In this document: piece after piece, positions 1 to 9,300 of the stretch
Layout: each line of letters begins with the position of its first letter
How positions within the stretch are numbered: position 1 is the first letter of the stretch
DNA from: Thermodesulfobacteriota bacterium
GTDB taxonomy: Bacteria > Desulfobacterota > Desulfobacteria > Desulfobacterales > SURF-7
Reading direction: 5' to 3'
DNA: 64,000 nt
NCBI GenBank assembly: GCA_049320885.1
Contig: JBMORA010000009.1
Span: forward strand, 397,882-461,881
Position numbers and translations under genes: made by a program
Notes under the pieces: generated by a model
The model's database searches: none
What the model saw: only the letters and a program-made list of their open reading frames with translations
Told to the model about the DNA's origin: nothing

Positions 1-2
1 TC

Positions 3-629
3 AAATACGCCAACATCGATCCCCATGAGCAGGCGAGGGATCTCCGGCGCGCCCTGGATTTACTGGCCAAAGCCCAGGTGATTCTAAAGGCGTTCCATAC
101 GGACGCTTCGGGCCTGCCGTTGCAGGCCACAGTGGATCCGCTGAAATTCAAAACCTATTTTATGGATTGCGGTTTGATGAACAGCATGTGCGGCATCCAG
201 TGGATTTCTCCTGGCGAACTGAAATCCAGGGACTTCATTAACAAGGGCCGGGTCGCGGAGCAGTTCTTCGCCCAACATCTGGCCTATTCCGGAAAAACCA
301 ACAAACGTCCGGCATTGACCTATTGGGCCCGGGAAGGGCGGGCTTCCAATGCCGAAGTGGATTTTGTCGTGCAATTCGGGCAGACGATCGTCCCCGTTGA
401 AGTAAAGGCCGGCAAAAGCGGCTCCCTGAAGTCACTGCTTCAATTCGCTTCTGAAAAGAAGACATCGACCGCCATGCGGTTTGATCTGAACCCGCCGAGC
501 CTCCAGCAGGTGGGCCATGCCATTCGGCAGGCGTCGGCCACCATGGATGTGGAATTCCACCTGATATCCCTCCCCCTTTACATGGCCGAGGAAGCGGAGC
601 GGCTCTTCATGAAAGCGGGGGAGTCATGA
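3..629 (+). CDS. AAA+ ATPase with C-terminal DUF4143/PD-(D/E)XK-like domain (5' truncated by window)
   Basis: Frame is open from base 3 (KYANIDPHEQARDL...). Motifs K-x-YFMDCGL, G-x-x-AEQF, YW-x-R...AEVDF and PVEVKAG are typical of the ATPase-DUF4143 family. Confidence 0.8.
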   Translation, partial: KYANIDPHEQARDLRRALDLLAKAQVILKAFHTDASGLPLQATVDPLKFKTYFMDCGLMNSMCGIQWISPGELKSRDFINKGRVAEQFFAQHLAYSGKTNKRPALTYWAREGRASNAEVDFVVQFGQTIVPVEVKAGKSGSLKSLLQFASEKKTSTAMRFDLNPPSLQQVGHAIRQASATMDVEFHLISLPLYMAEEAERLFMKAGES

Positions 630-734
630 CAAATATCGCGATAATCCATCTTGACGGTTCTCTATTCACGGGTTACACGGATTTTAACCCCCCTTCCATC
701 TGCGTCACCGATGGATTTGGTCCTTAGCCATCGG

Positions 735-1172
735 CTATGCCCCATCAAACCTTTCCACTAAAGCATCCAAAGTGATGTTAATCTCGATTTCATTATGAGG
801 GATAAGGATATATCGCCATTCCTTGCCGCCATAGCTTTGGGCATGTTCCATAGCATTGATACACCATTTCACGGCGGCTTCTTTTTTGGCGAGGTGAATC
901 AGGGCGATGAAATGGGTCCAGCTCAATTATCGTATCAGCGATACGACAATTTCTTGGTCTGAAAAAACGTCAGCGAACTGGATCGTCCGGCGCATGTTTT
1001 TCTCGGAAAATCCGTTCCCATAATCCTGATGCAATTGCGCACTCAGTTCAGGCACAATCTGGTCGCCGTATCCGGCCCTGCTCCCCTTGAGAATCTCCTC
1101 ATTAATGCGCTTGTCGATTCGCCAATAGAGCATGGTTAAGGCGGCATTCACCGTTGTGGCGACCGCCGAACG
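735..1172 (-). pseudogene. Chimeric remnant: YhcG/DUF1016 N-terminal fragment with premature stop, fused in frame to the C-terminal tail of a type III restriction (Res)-like protein
   Basis: One frame reads ..AVATTVNAALTMLYWRI..YGDQIV..LS..YGNGFSEKNMRR..VSLIR*LSWTHFIALI (DUF1016_N, TAA at 927-929). It then switches abruptly to LAKKEAAVKWC..GGKEWRYILIPH, which resembles Res C-termini. Confidence 0.7.
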
Positions 1173-1277
1173 ATTTGTACCAGCTTAAATTGATTGCTGA
1201 TAATCAACAATTCAGCGAGATAATATGACAAGAATGAAGATAAGTGCAAGGAAAAATGACCTTTTGACCTTGCGTTC

Positions 1278-1676
1278 TTAGGGCGTTTCGGGAACGACGC
1301 TGGCGCCGCGTTCCTCCAGCAGCGCCCGCAGCACGGACCGGTGGCAGCGCTTTTCATCCTCGCAGTAACATCCCAGGGAAAATTCGGTCTGGTGGGACAG
1401 GGCCGCCAGCAGATCCAGCACCCGGTCGGCGCCGGACGCCTTGAGTTCCGCCATGAATTGTTTCCGGAAAGCGTTCCAGGCCTTGTCGTCGGTCGCGGTC
1501 CGGCCGGCCTGCATCAACTCCGGGCTGGGCGAGAGCAGCGGCAGCCAGACATCATAGTAATCCCTTTGCGCGAATTCCGATTTGGGCACGCCCCGGGGCG
1601 GTCTGCGGACCGTGCCCAGGCGCAGGCCTTCATCGGCCAACCGTTTGGTTCCCAATCTGACGATTCGAATCGGCAT
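1278..1676 (-). CDS. DUF488 family protein
   Basis: MPIRIVRLG..GLRLGTVRRPPRGV..LSPS..LGCYCEDE..CHRS; GGAGG SD upstream of ATG at 1676. Confidence 0.85.
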   Translation of the reverse strand: MPIRIVRLGTKRLADEGLRLGTVRRPPRGVPKSEFAQRDYYDVWLPLLSPSPELMQAGRTATDDKAWNAFRKQFMAELKASGADRVLDLLAALSHQTEFSLGCYCEDEKRCHRSVLRALLEERGASVVPETP

Positions 1677-1926
1677 GATTTTTTCCTCCATTCGGGGATT
1701 TCTGGCTTCATTGACTTCTGCAGGGGAAGCATAGCCTGTGAATATATCCTTGTAAACTATTTCATTCTGCCTTCTGAATTCTGTAATCAAATGGGATTGA
1801 CCTGATACGGGCGAAGTGATATCGTCAAATTTTATTTGTAGTGATTACAGATTCTTTGCTCAAGATCCGGAAGGACAGTCTTTCCGGTTCGGAAATATGC
1901 TACCATTAACAGAAGGGAGTCACAGC

Positions 1927-2640
1927 ATGTCAAACGTGGATTTCAAGTTGGACGAATCGGTCGCCGTGCTGACCATGAACAGCGGGGAAAACCGGTTCAA
2001 TCCGGATTTTTTGAATGCCCTGCGCCGTGTTTTGGACACCATCGAAACGGAAACCGAGGCAAGGACCCTGATCGTCACCTCCGGCCATGAGAAGATTTTT
2101 TCCAACGGCCTGGATCTGGACTGGCTCGTGCCGGTGATCCAGAAACAGGATTCCGCAACCGCCAAGTCCTTTTTCTATCTATTGATGGATACGTTCAAGC
2201 GGGTGGCCACCTATCCGCTCCTCACCATCGCCGCCTTATCCGGCCATGCCTTTGCCGGGGGCGCCATTTTCAGTTGCGCCTTTGATTACCGGTTCATGCG
2301 CGCGGACCGTGGTTTCTTCTGTTTTCCGGAGGTGGATCTGGGCATCCCGTTCCTGCCCGGAATGATGGCGCTGCTGAAAAAGGCGATCCCCTATACGGTC
2401 CTGGAAGACATGGTGTTTTCCGGCCGTCGGTTGACCGCCGAGGAATGCCGGACCAATCGTATTGTCCGGACCGCCTGCCCAATGCCCGAGCTGCTGCCCG
2501 AGGCCCTGGCATTTGCCAAAAGCCTGAACAAGAAGCGCAGTACGGTAGCGGAAATGAAGAAACGCATGAACAAACCCATTGTGGACGCCATTGAAAAGGA
2601 AGACCCGGTCTATATCGAATCCGGTGTCTTTCATGTATAG
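1927..2640 (+). CDS. Enoyl-CoA hydratase/isomerase (crotonase) family protein
   Basis: FSNGLDL, GHAFAGG, PEVDLGIP crotonase motifs; GGGAG SD before ATG 1927. Confidence 0.9.
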   Translation: MSNVDFKLDESVAVLTMNSGENRFNPDFLNALRRVLDTIETETEARTLIVTSGHEKIFSNGLDLDWLVPVIQKQDSATAKSFFYLLMDTFKRVATYPLLTIAALSGHAFAGGAIFSCAFDYRFMRADRGFFCFPEVDLGIPFLPGMMALLKKAIPYTVLEDMVFSGRRLTAEECRTNRIVRTACPMPELLPEALAFAKSLNKKRSTVAEMKKRMNKPIVDAIEKEDPVYIESGVFHV

Positions 2641-2662
2641 GATCAATGGGTGAGGCTGGACC

Positions 2663-4201
2663 ATGGCGAATTCCGTCCGGAAGGATAAACCCGTGCTGGT
2701 CACCGGCGCCACCGGCTATGTCGGCGGCCGGCTGGTGCCGCTGCTGCTGGAGTCCGGCTACCGCGTGCGGGCCATGGGCCGTTCCCTGGCCAAATTGAAG
2801 GGCCGGCCCTGGGCGTCGCATCCGAATCTCACCCTGGCCCAGGGGGATGTGTCGGACCCGGTATCCCTGGGCCGGGCCGTGGACGGCTGTTGGGCCGCTT
2901 TCTACCTGGTCCATGCCATGCTGGATCATGCCGATGATTTCGCGGAGCGGGACCGGCAGGCAGCCCGCAATATGGTAGCGGCGGCCGAAGCCGCCGGTCT
3001 GGAACGGATCATCTATCTCGGGGGCCTGGGAGATATGAGCCGGCCGGGTCTCAGCGAGCATCTGCGGTCCCGGCAGGAGGTCGCCCATATTCTCCAGTCC
3101 GGCAGGGTTCCCGCCACCTTCCTGAGGGCGGCGGTGATTCTGGGTTCCGGCAGCGTCTCCTTCGAGATCATCCGCTACCTGGTGGAAAGACTGCCGGTGA
3201 TGATCACTCCCCGGTGGGTAAACACCCTGAACCAGCCCATCGCCATCCGCAATGTGCTCCATTATCTGCGGGGCTGTCTGGAAACCGATGCGGTGCTGGG
3301 GGAAACCTTCGACATCGGGGGGCCGGATATCCTGACCTACCGCAACCTGTTCGATATGTACGCCGAGGAGGCCGGCCTGGCGAAACGCCGGATCATTCCC
3401 ATCCCTTTCCTGACCATCGGGCTTAGCGCCCGCTGGATTCACCTGATCACGCCGATCCCTTCGGCCATCGCCATGTCCCTGGCGGAGGGCCTGCGAAACG
3501 AGGTGGTCTGCGGCGACAACCGCATCCGGGATCTCATTCCCCAGGAATTGATCGGCTGCCGGGAAACTCTGCGTCTGGCCATCGGGCGCATCCGGGAAGA
3601 CCGCGTGGATACCTGCTGGTCCGATGCCGCCTGTCTGCTGCCGCCGGAGTGGGTCTACTGCGGGGACGCGGACTACAGCGGCGGGACCATCCTGCAATGC
3701 GCCTATCGCGTGGTCATGGAGGCTTCCCCCGGGGAAATCTGGCCGCTGGTGGCGCGCATCGGCGGGAAAACCGGCTGGTATTTCGGTTCGACCCTGTGGC
3801 GGCTGCGCGGGTTGCTGGACCAATGGATCGGCGGCGTGGGCCTGCGGCGGGGCAGACGGCACGCCACCGACATCCGGCCCGGCGACGCTCTGGATTTCTG
3901 GCGCGTGCTGGAAGTCAATCCGCCCCATCGTCTGCTTCTCCTGGCGGAGATGAAAACCCCCGGCGATGCGCTGCTGGATATCCGCATTGAAGAAGCCCCG
4001 TCCGGCGGCGCGGAGGTGCAACTGGCCGCCCGCTTTCTGCCCCGGGGACTGCCTGGAATTCTGTACTGGTATTGCCTGTACCCGCTGCATGGCTGGATTT
4101 TTGGCGGGATGTTGTCGGCCATCGCCCGGGAGGCACGCCGGCCTCTTCGGGAAGGCCCCCGGAAATTCCGTTCCGTCTACCAGCCGGCTTGTGAAAAATA
4201 G
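2663..4201 (+). CDS. NAD(P)-binding SDR/epimerase with C-terminal DUF2867 (YbjT-like)
   Basis: VLVTGATGYVGG Rossmann motif; HLRSRQEV; C-terminal IGG..GW, GD.LDFWRV, LLAEMK.PG, YWY..P.H. Confidence 0.9.
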   Translation: MANSVRKDKPVLVTGATGYVGGRLVPLLLESGYRVRAMGRSLAKLKGRPWASHPNLTLAQGDVSDPVSLGRAVDGCWAAFYLVHAMLDHADDFAERDRQAARNMVAAAEAAGLERIIYLGGLGDMSRPGLSEHLRSRQEVAHILQSGRVPATFLRAAVILGSGSVSFEIIRYLVERLPVMITPRWVNTLNQPIAIRNVLHYLRGCLETDAVLGETFDIGGPDILTYRNLFDMYAEEAGLAKRRIIPIPFLTIGLSARWIHLITPIPSAIAMSLAEGLRNEVVCGDNRIRDLIPQELIGCRETLRLAIGRIREDRVDTCWSDAACLLPPEWVYCGDADYSGGTILQCAYRVVMEASPGEIWPLVARIGGKTGWYFGSTLWRLRGLLDQWIGGVGLRRGRRHATDIRPGDALDFWRVLEVNPPHRLLLLAEMKTPGDALLDIRIEEAPSGGAEVQLAARFLPRGLPGILYWYCLYPLHGWIFGGMLSAIAREARRPLREGPRKFRSVYQPACEK

Positions 4202-4258
4202 GGAAAGCCGAAATCCGGAAAGGAAGGCCGGAAACGAAAAAAGCCGGGAGAAGGATCG

Positions 4259-4624
4259 ATGACCAGAACGCGCAGACAGATCGAGTCGGAAATCAGCGAG
4301 GCCGTGACCCGGTTTGAAAAGGAATACATGGGCCGGGGGCCGCTGGAGACCAAGACTTATCTCATCGAGGATATGGTGCTGGTGCGCTTGAAAGGGGTAC
4401 TGACCCAGGCCGAGCACCAGTTGGCGGAAACCGCTGAAACCAGCGGCGGCCGGGAACTGATCAAACGGGTCCGGGTGGCCTTGATTGAAAAAGGTCGGCC
4501 CCTGCTCCAGGCCGAGGTGGAATCCCTGGTGGGTGTCGGGGTCAAGAGTCTCCACACCGACATCAGCACCGTGACCGGGGAACGTGTCATTCTGTTCACT
4601 CTGACGGCTACGCCTGATTTTTAA
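4259..4624 (+). CDS. DUF2294 / MpsC-like protein
   Basis: EISEA..FEKEYMGRGP..L.GVLT.AE..SLHTDIST.TGERVI.F is the DUF2294 signature. Confidence 0.85.
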   Translation: MTRTRRQIESEISEAVTRFEKEYMGRGPLETKTYLIEDMVLVRLKGVLTQAEHQLAETAETSGGRELIKRVRVALIEKGRPLLQAEVESLVGVGVKSLHTDISTVTGERVILFTLTATPDF

Positions 4625-4643
4625 TGGCTTCGTATCGCCGGAA

Positions 4644-5183
4644 TCAAGCGCTCCCGGCCAGCGCCTGGCGGATTGCCCTGGCGATTTTGTCGCGGATGAC
4701 CGGCTTCAAGACGAATCCTTGGCTGCCGGGCGTTCTGGCTCTGCCCTCATCTCCCTGACTGTCCGTGATCACCACGGCCTCACCGGTCTGCTCCATGGCC
4801 AGTTCCAGGCGGCGCAGTTCGGCGACTCGTCTTTCAAGGGACTGCTGGGTCCGTTTCAGTTCGGACATGTCCCGCGCGATGGCGGTCACAGCAGAGACAT
4901 TCCCGGCCTCATCACGTTCGGGTGAAAACAGTCAGTCGATCCAGCGCTGATCCGGCAGCTGAATCTCTTGGCGGTATTCCAGGCCGCCGGCAACGACCTG
5001 CTCGATGGCGGTAGAGCACAAATTGCACAGCAGTGGGAAAACCCCCAATTCCTGCATCGTTTTCCCGGGAATGATCCGCCTGTCGGCCTCCAACAGCGTG
5101 TTGGCACCGGGATTGACGAACAGCAGGCGCCCGCTGATGATGTTGCCGCAGATGCATTCCAGCATTGGATTTCCCTGGGCCAT
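4644..5183 (-). pseudogene. Collapsed remnant of a PAS hybrid sensor histidine kinase
   Basis: ORFs 4932-5183 and 4644-4889 share a frame, split by TGA in RWID*LFSPERDEAGNV..IARD (PAC motif). A second PAS start (AMEQTGEAVVITDSQG) joins directly to a receiver C-terminus (GFVLKPV..IARAIRQAL); the kinase core is absent. Confidence 0.75.
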
Positions 5184-5376
5184 TAGATGTTGTATATTGA
5201 CATTTTATGCGTATCATGGGAAAAAAACAATTTGGAAATCGGTCAGCCGGATAAAAACTGCCCGGCAGGGTTTACCCGGAGGACGCAGCAGGCGGTGAAG
5301 CGGATTGCTCTTAACGCCTGCATGGGGTCGATGAGTCCGGTACGGGCCCTTTCAGCAGGGCGATACCTTGGAAAAT

Positions 5377-5418
5377 AAGGCCGAAGTCGTCGCGTCAGGA
5401 CGATTTCCGGCCTTTTTT
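5377..5418 (+). terminator. Intrinsic terminator in the leader upstream of birA-pyc
   Basis: AAGGCCGAAGTCGTC-gcgtcag-GACGATTTCCGGCCTT followed by a T run. Confidence 0.7.
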
Positions 5419-5462
5419 ATTCCTCCGGGCCGATGGACCCGTTGTATGGAAGGGAGGCTGAA

Positions 5463-6281
5463 ATGAGCGGCGCAGGGCACCGGCGAGGAGAAACGGATTG
5501 CCTGCCGGCAGGGCTTCGGCAGACGGGATGCCAGCCGATTGCCGGCGGTGTGGATGAACCGCCGGTTTTCATAGTGGAGGCCTGCGATTCCACCATGAAC
5601 CTGGCGTGGCGTCTGCTTGCGGAAGACCGGTTTCCGGAATGGGCCTCGGTGCTGGCGGAAAGCCAGTCCGCGGGACGCGGGCAATTCGGGCGGGGCTGGT
5701 ATTCCCCGCCGGGGAATCTGTATGCGTCCCTGCGTCTTCCCCGGCCCGGAACAGCGGTTTGGACCGGACTGCTCCCACTCCTGCTGGCGGCGTCGATGCA
5801 TGCGATTCTGCGCGGCCGCGGTTTGCCCGCGGCCATCAAATGGCCGAACGATCTGCTCGTCGCTGGGAAAAAAGTTGGCGGCATACTGGTGGAGATGAAA
5901 TCCGACGCGGTCATCGCCGGCGTCGGTCTGAACCTGGCGTGGGCGCCGCAATTCCGTGATTTGCGGCATCCGCTTGCCCCTCCGGCCGGCTGCCTGCGGG
6001 AATTCGGGCTGCAAGACGTTCCCCGGGATATATGGATGCCCTTTGTCCGGGATTTGCGGGCGCGGATGCAGCGGAGTCTGGAACAGGATGATCCGGAACA
6101 GTTCACCGAAAGACTGGCCCCCCATCTGGCCTATGTCGACGAGCGTATTCTGCTGGACGCCCATGCAGCCGGAGAGCGCCCCGTGATTTTTCAAGGGATC
6201 GACGCGGGCGGGGGAATCCGGGTGCTGACCGCCGATGGCGTCAAGATTTACCGTTCCGGGAGCTTGTATCCGGCGGTATGA
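5463..6281 (+). CDS. birA: Biotin--protein ligase (no N-terminal HTH)
   Basis: DSTM, QSAGRGQFGRGWYSP.GNLY.S, IKWPNDL, KKVGGILVE; AGGGAGG SD before ATG 5463. Confidence 0.9.
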   Translation: MSGAGHRRGETDCLPAGLRQTGCQPIAGGVDEPPVFIVEACDSTMNLAWRLLAEDRFPEWASVLAESQSAGRGQFGRGWYSPPGNLYASLRLPRPGTAVWTGLLPLLLAASMHAILRGRGLPAAIKWPNDLLVAGKKVGGILVEMKSDAVIAGVGLNLAWAPQFRDLRHPLAPPAGCLREFGLQDVPRDIWMPFVRDLRARMQRSLEQDDPEQFTERLAPHLAYVDERILLDAHAAGERPVIFQGIDAGGGIRVLTADGVKIYRSGSLYPAV

Positions 6282-6302
6282 ATTCAGATAAGGAGTGTTG
6301 TC

Positions 6303-9300
6303 ATGTCGAAATCATTCGAACAAGTCGCGGCTGAAATCCGCGGGAAAAAAATATTGGTGGCCAACCGCGGCATAACGGCCCGGCGGATCATGCGATCCAT
6401 CCGGGAAGTATTCCAGGCCGTTCCGGTGCTGACGGTGACCGATGCGGACAAGACCGCGCCCTTCACCGCCGGGGCCCAGGAGTTGATCCTGCTGGGCGAG
6501 AATCCCAGGGCGTATCTGTCCATCGACCGCATCATCTCCCTGGCCAAAAAACACGGAATTTCGGCCGTGCATCCGGGATGGGGTTTCGCCTCGGAGGATT
6601 CCGGGTTCCCGCAGAAATGCCATGAGGCGGATCTCCTGTTCATCGGACCCACCGCGGAAGCCATGCAGCTTCTGGGGAACAAGGTCAAGGTGCGGGAACT
6701 GGCCAGCGGCATCGGTATTCCGGTGGTGCCGGGTTCCGCAGGCGCTGTGGGCATCCATGAGGCCCGCAAGGTGGCCACGGAAATGGGCCTGCCGGTGATG
6801 CTGAAGGCCGAAGGTGGCGGGGGCGGCAGGGGGATTTACGAGGTCCATGACCTGGAACAGCTGGAGAGCGCTTTTATCAAGGCTTCCACCCTGGCCCAGG
6901 CCTCCTTCGGGAATCCGCGCCTGTTTGTGGAAAAACTGCTCACTTCCGTGCGGCACATCGAAATTCAGGTGATCGCGGACCACCACGGCCATGTGTTCGC
7001 CTTTGACGAACGGGACTGCACGATCCAGCGCAACCATCAGAAACTGGTGGAGATCACCCCTTCCCCCTGGCCGGGCATGACCCCGGAGCGGCGGGAGCGG
7101 TTGAAACGCTATGCCGAAAAACTGGTGCGGGCAGTGGGATATCACTCCCTGGCGACCGTGGAATTCCTGGTGGACGGCGACGGCCATGAATACCTGATCG
7201 AGGTCAATACCCGGCTGCAGGTGGAGCACGGCATCACGGAATGCCGTTACGGCGTGGATCTGGTGGAGGAACAGATCGCCGTCGCCTTCGGCGCCACCCT
7301 TCGTTTCCGTCCCGAAACCACCCTGCCGGTCAGCCATGCGATTCAGGTCCGGATCAACTGTGAAGATCCCCGCCAGGGCTTTGCGCCCAATTCGGGTCTG
7401 ATTACCCGGTATATCTCCCCGGGCGGACCTGGCGTACGCCTGGATTCCTGTATCTCCGGCGGGTATGCCTTCCCGCCCCACTACGACTCGGCGGCGGCCC
7501 TGCTCATCGCCTATGGCAGGGACTGGGAAAAAACCTTGGCCATCCTGGACCGGTCCCTGAACGAATACATCATCGGCGGTCTGAAGACCACCATCCCGTT
7601 CCACCGGCGGATCATCAACCATCCCCGCTTCCTGTCCGGGAATTACGATACGCGGTTCATCGAAACAACGCCGGAACTGATGGTCTACCGGGATGTGGAA
7701 CCGGAGGCCATGCGCCTGAGCCGGCTCGCGGCCGAGATTTCGGCCAGGGGATACAATTCCTTCGTCCAGCTGGGGGACTATCGCGGCACCCAGGACAAAC
7801 GCATGCCGCCCTTTGCTCCGGTACTGCCGCCCCTGGAAGAATCAGAGAGATCCGGAAGCGCCTATCCCAGGGGGGACCGCAAGGCCCTGTTGGATTATAT
7901 CCGGGATTCCGGTCTGGTGCATTTCACGGACACCACTCCCCGGGATATCACCCAGTCCAACAGCGGCAACCGTTTCCGGCTGGCCGAGGACAAACTCATC
8001 GGGCCCTATCTCGACCGGTGCGGCTTTTTTTCCATCGAGAACGGCGGCGGCGCGCATTTCCATGTGGCCATGATGGCCAACATGACCTATCCCTTCAACG
8101 AAGCCAGAAGTTGGAACCAGTTCGCCCCGAAAACCCTGAAACAGATTCTGGTGCGTTCCACCAACCTGCTGGGCTACAAACCCCAGCCGCGGAATCTCAT
8201 GCGGCTGACGGGTGAGCGGATTTGCGCCCATCACGACGTGATCCGGTGCTTTGACTTTTTGAACCATGTCGACAACATGCAGCCCCTGGCGGAAGTCGTC
8301 ATGAATTCGCCCGGGAATGTGTTCGAACCGGCCGTGTCCCTGTCCTGGGCCGAGGGCTTCGATGTGCCGCACTACATGGGTGTGGTGGACGCCATGGTGG
8401 CCATGGCGGCTGATGCCGGAGGCCTGCCCGAGAAAGCGGCGGTCCGGGAGTTCATCCTCGGTTTGAAGGACATGGCCGGGGTTTGTCCGCCCCGTTTCAT
8501 GCGGGCCCTGGTGACGGCGATCCGGAAGAAATACCCCGACCTGGTGATCCATTATCACCGGCATTTCACCGACGGGCTTTTCGTGCCGGCATGCGGGGCC
8601 GCGGCCCAGGCCGGCGCCCATATTCTGGACACGGCCATCGGCGCGGCCGTCCGCTGGTACGGTCAGGGGGAGGTGTTGTCCACCGCCGCCTACATCGAGG
8701 AAGAACTGGGATTGAAAACCGGCGTCGACCGGGAGATGATCCGGGCCTGCAATTTCGTCCTCAAGCAGATCATGCCGTATTATGACCGCTATACCGCCCC
8801 CTATTTCCGGGGTATCGATCATGACGTGGTCTTCCACGGCATGCCCGGCGGCGCCACGTCCTCGTCCCAGGAAGGCGCCATGAAACAGGGCTATATCAAC
8901 CTGCTGCCCTATATGTTGCGCTACCTGGCCGGCACCCGCCGGATCGTCCGCTACCACGATGTAACGCCCGGCTCCCAGATCACCTGGAATACCGCTTTTC
9001 TTGCGGTCACCAAGGCCTTCCAGCGCGGAGGCGAGGAAGAGGTCCGCCATCTCTTGTGGGTCCTGGAATCCGTTGCCGGGGTTCCGGAAGACCGTCTGAA
9101 CGCGGAATTGAAAAAAGAGCGGCTGATCCTGTACCGGGAAAGCAATGACGCTTTCCGGGATTTGCTCATGGGCCGTTTCGGCCGGCTGCCCCTGGGATTC
9201 CCGCCGGATTGGGTTTATGAAAGCGTTTTCGGGGAAAAGTACCGGCAGCTGTTGCCCCAGCGCACCCAGGAGTCGCCGCTCGCATCCCTCGTGGATGTGG

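Noticed and set aside
670..720. CACGGGTTACACGGATT short tandem motif, possible REP-like element
   Set aside because: Single degenerate copy; no second copy seen in the window.
2294..4555. 753-aa minus-strand ORF
   Set aside because: Antisense shadow of three well-supported + strand genes; no recognisable motifs; expected in GC-rich DNA.
4932..4934. In-frame TGA as possible selenocysteine
   Set aside because: The position fits Trp in a PAC motif, not Cys, and the gene is otherwise deleted; a nonsense mutation is simpler.
5187..5378. 63-aa ORF as an attenuator leader peptide for birA-pyc
   Set aside because: No SD and no run of regulatory codons, although it does end at the terminator base.
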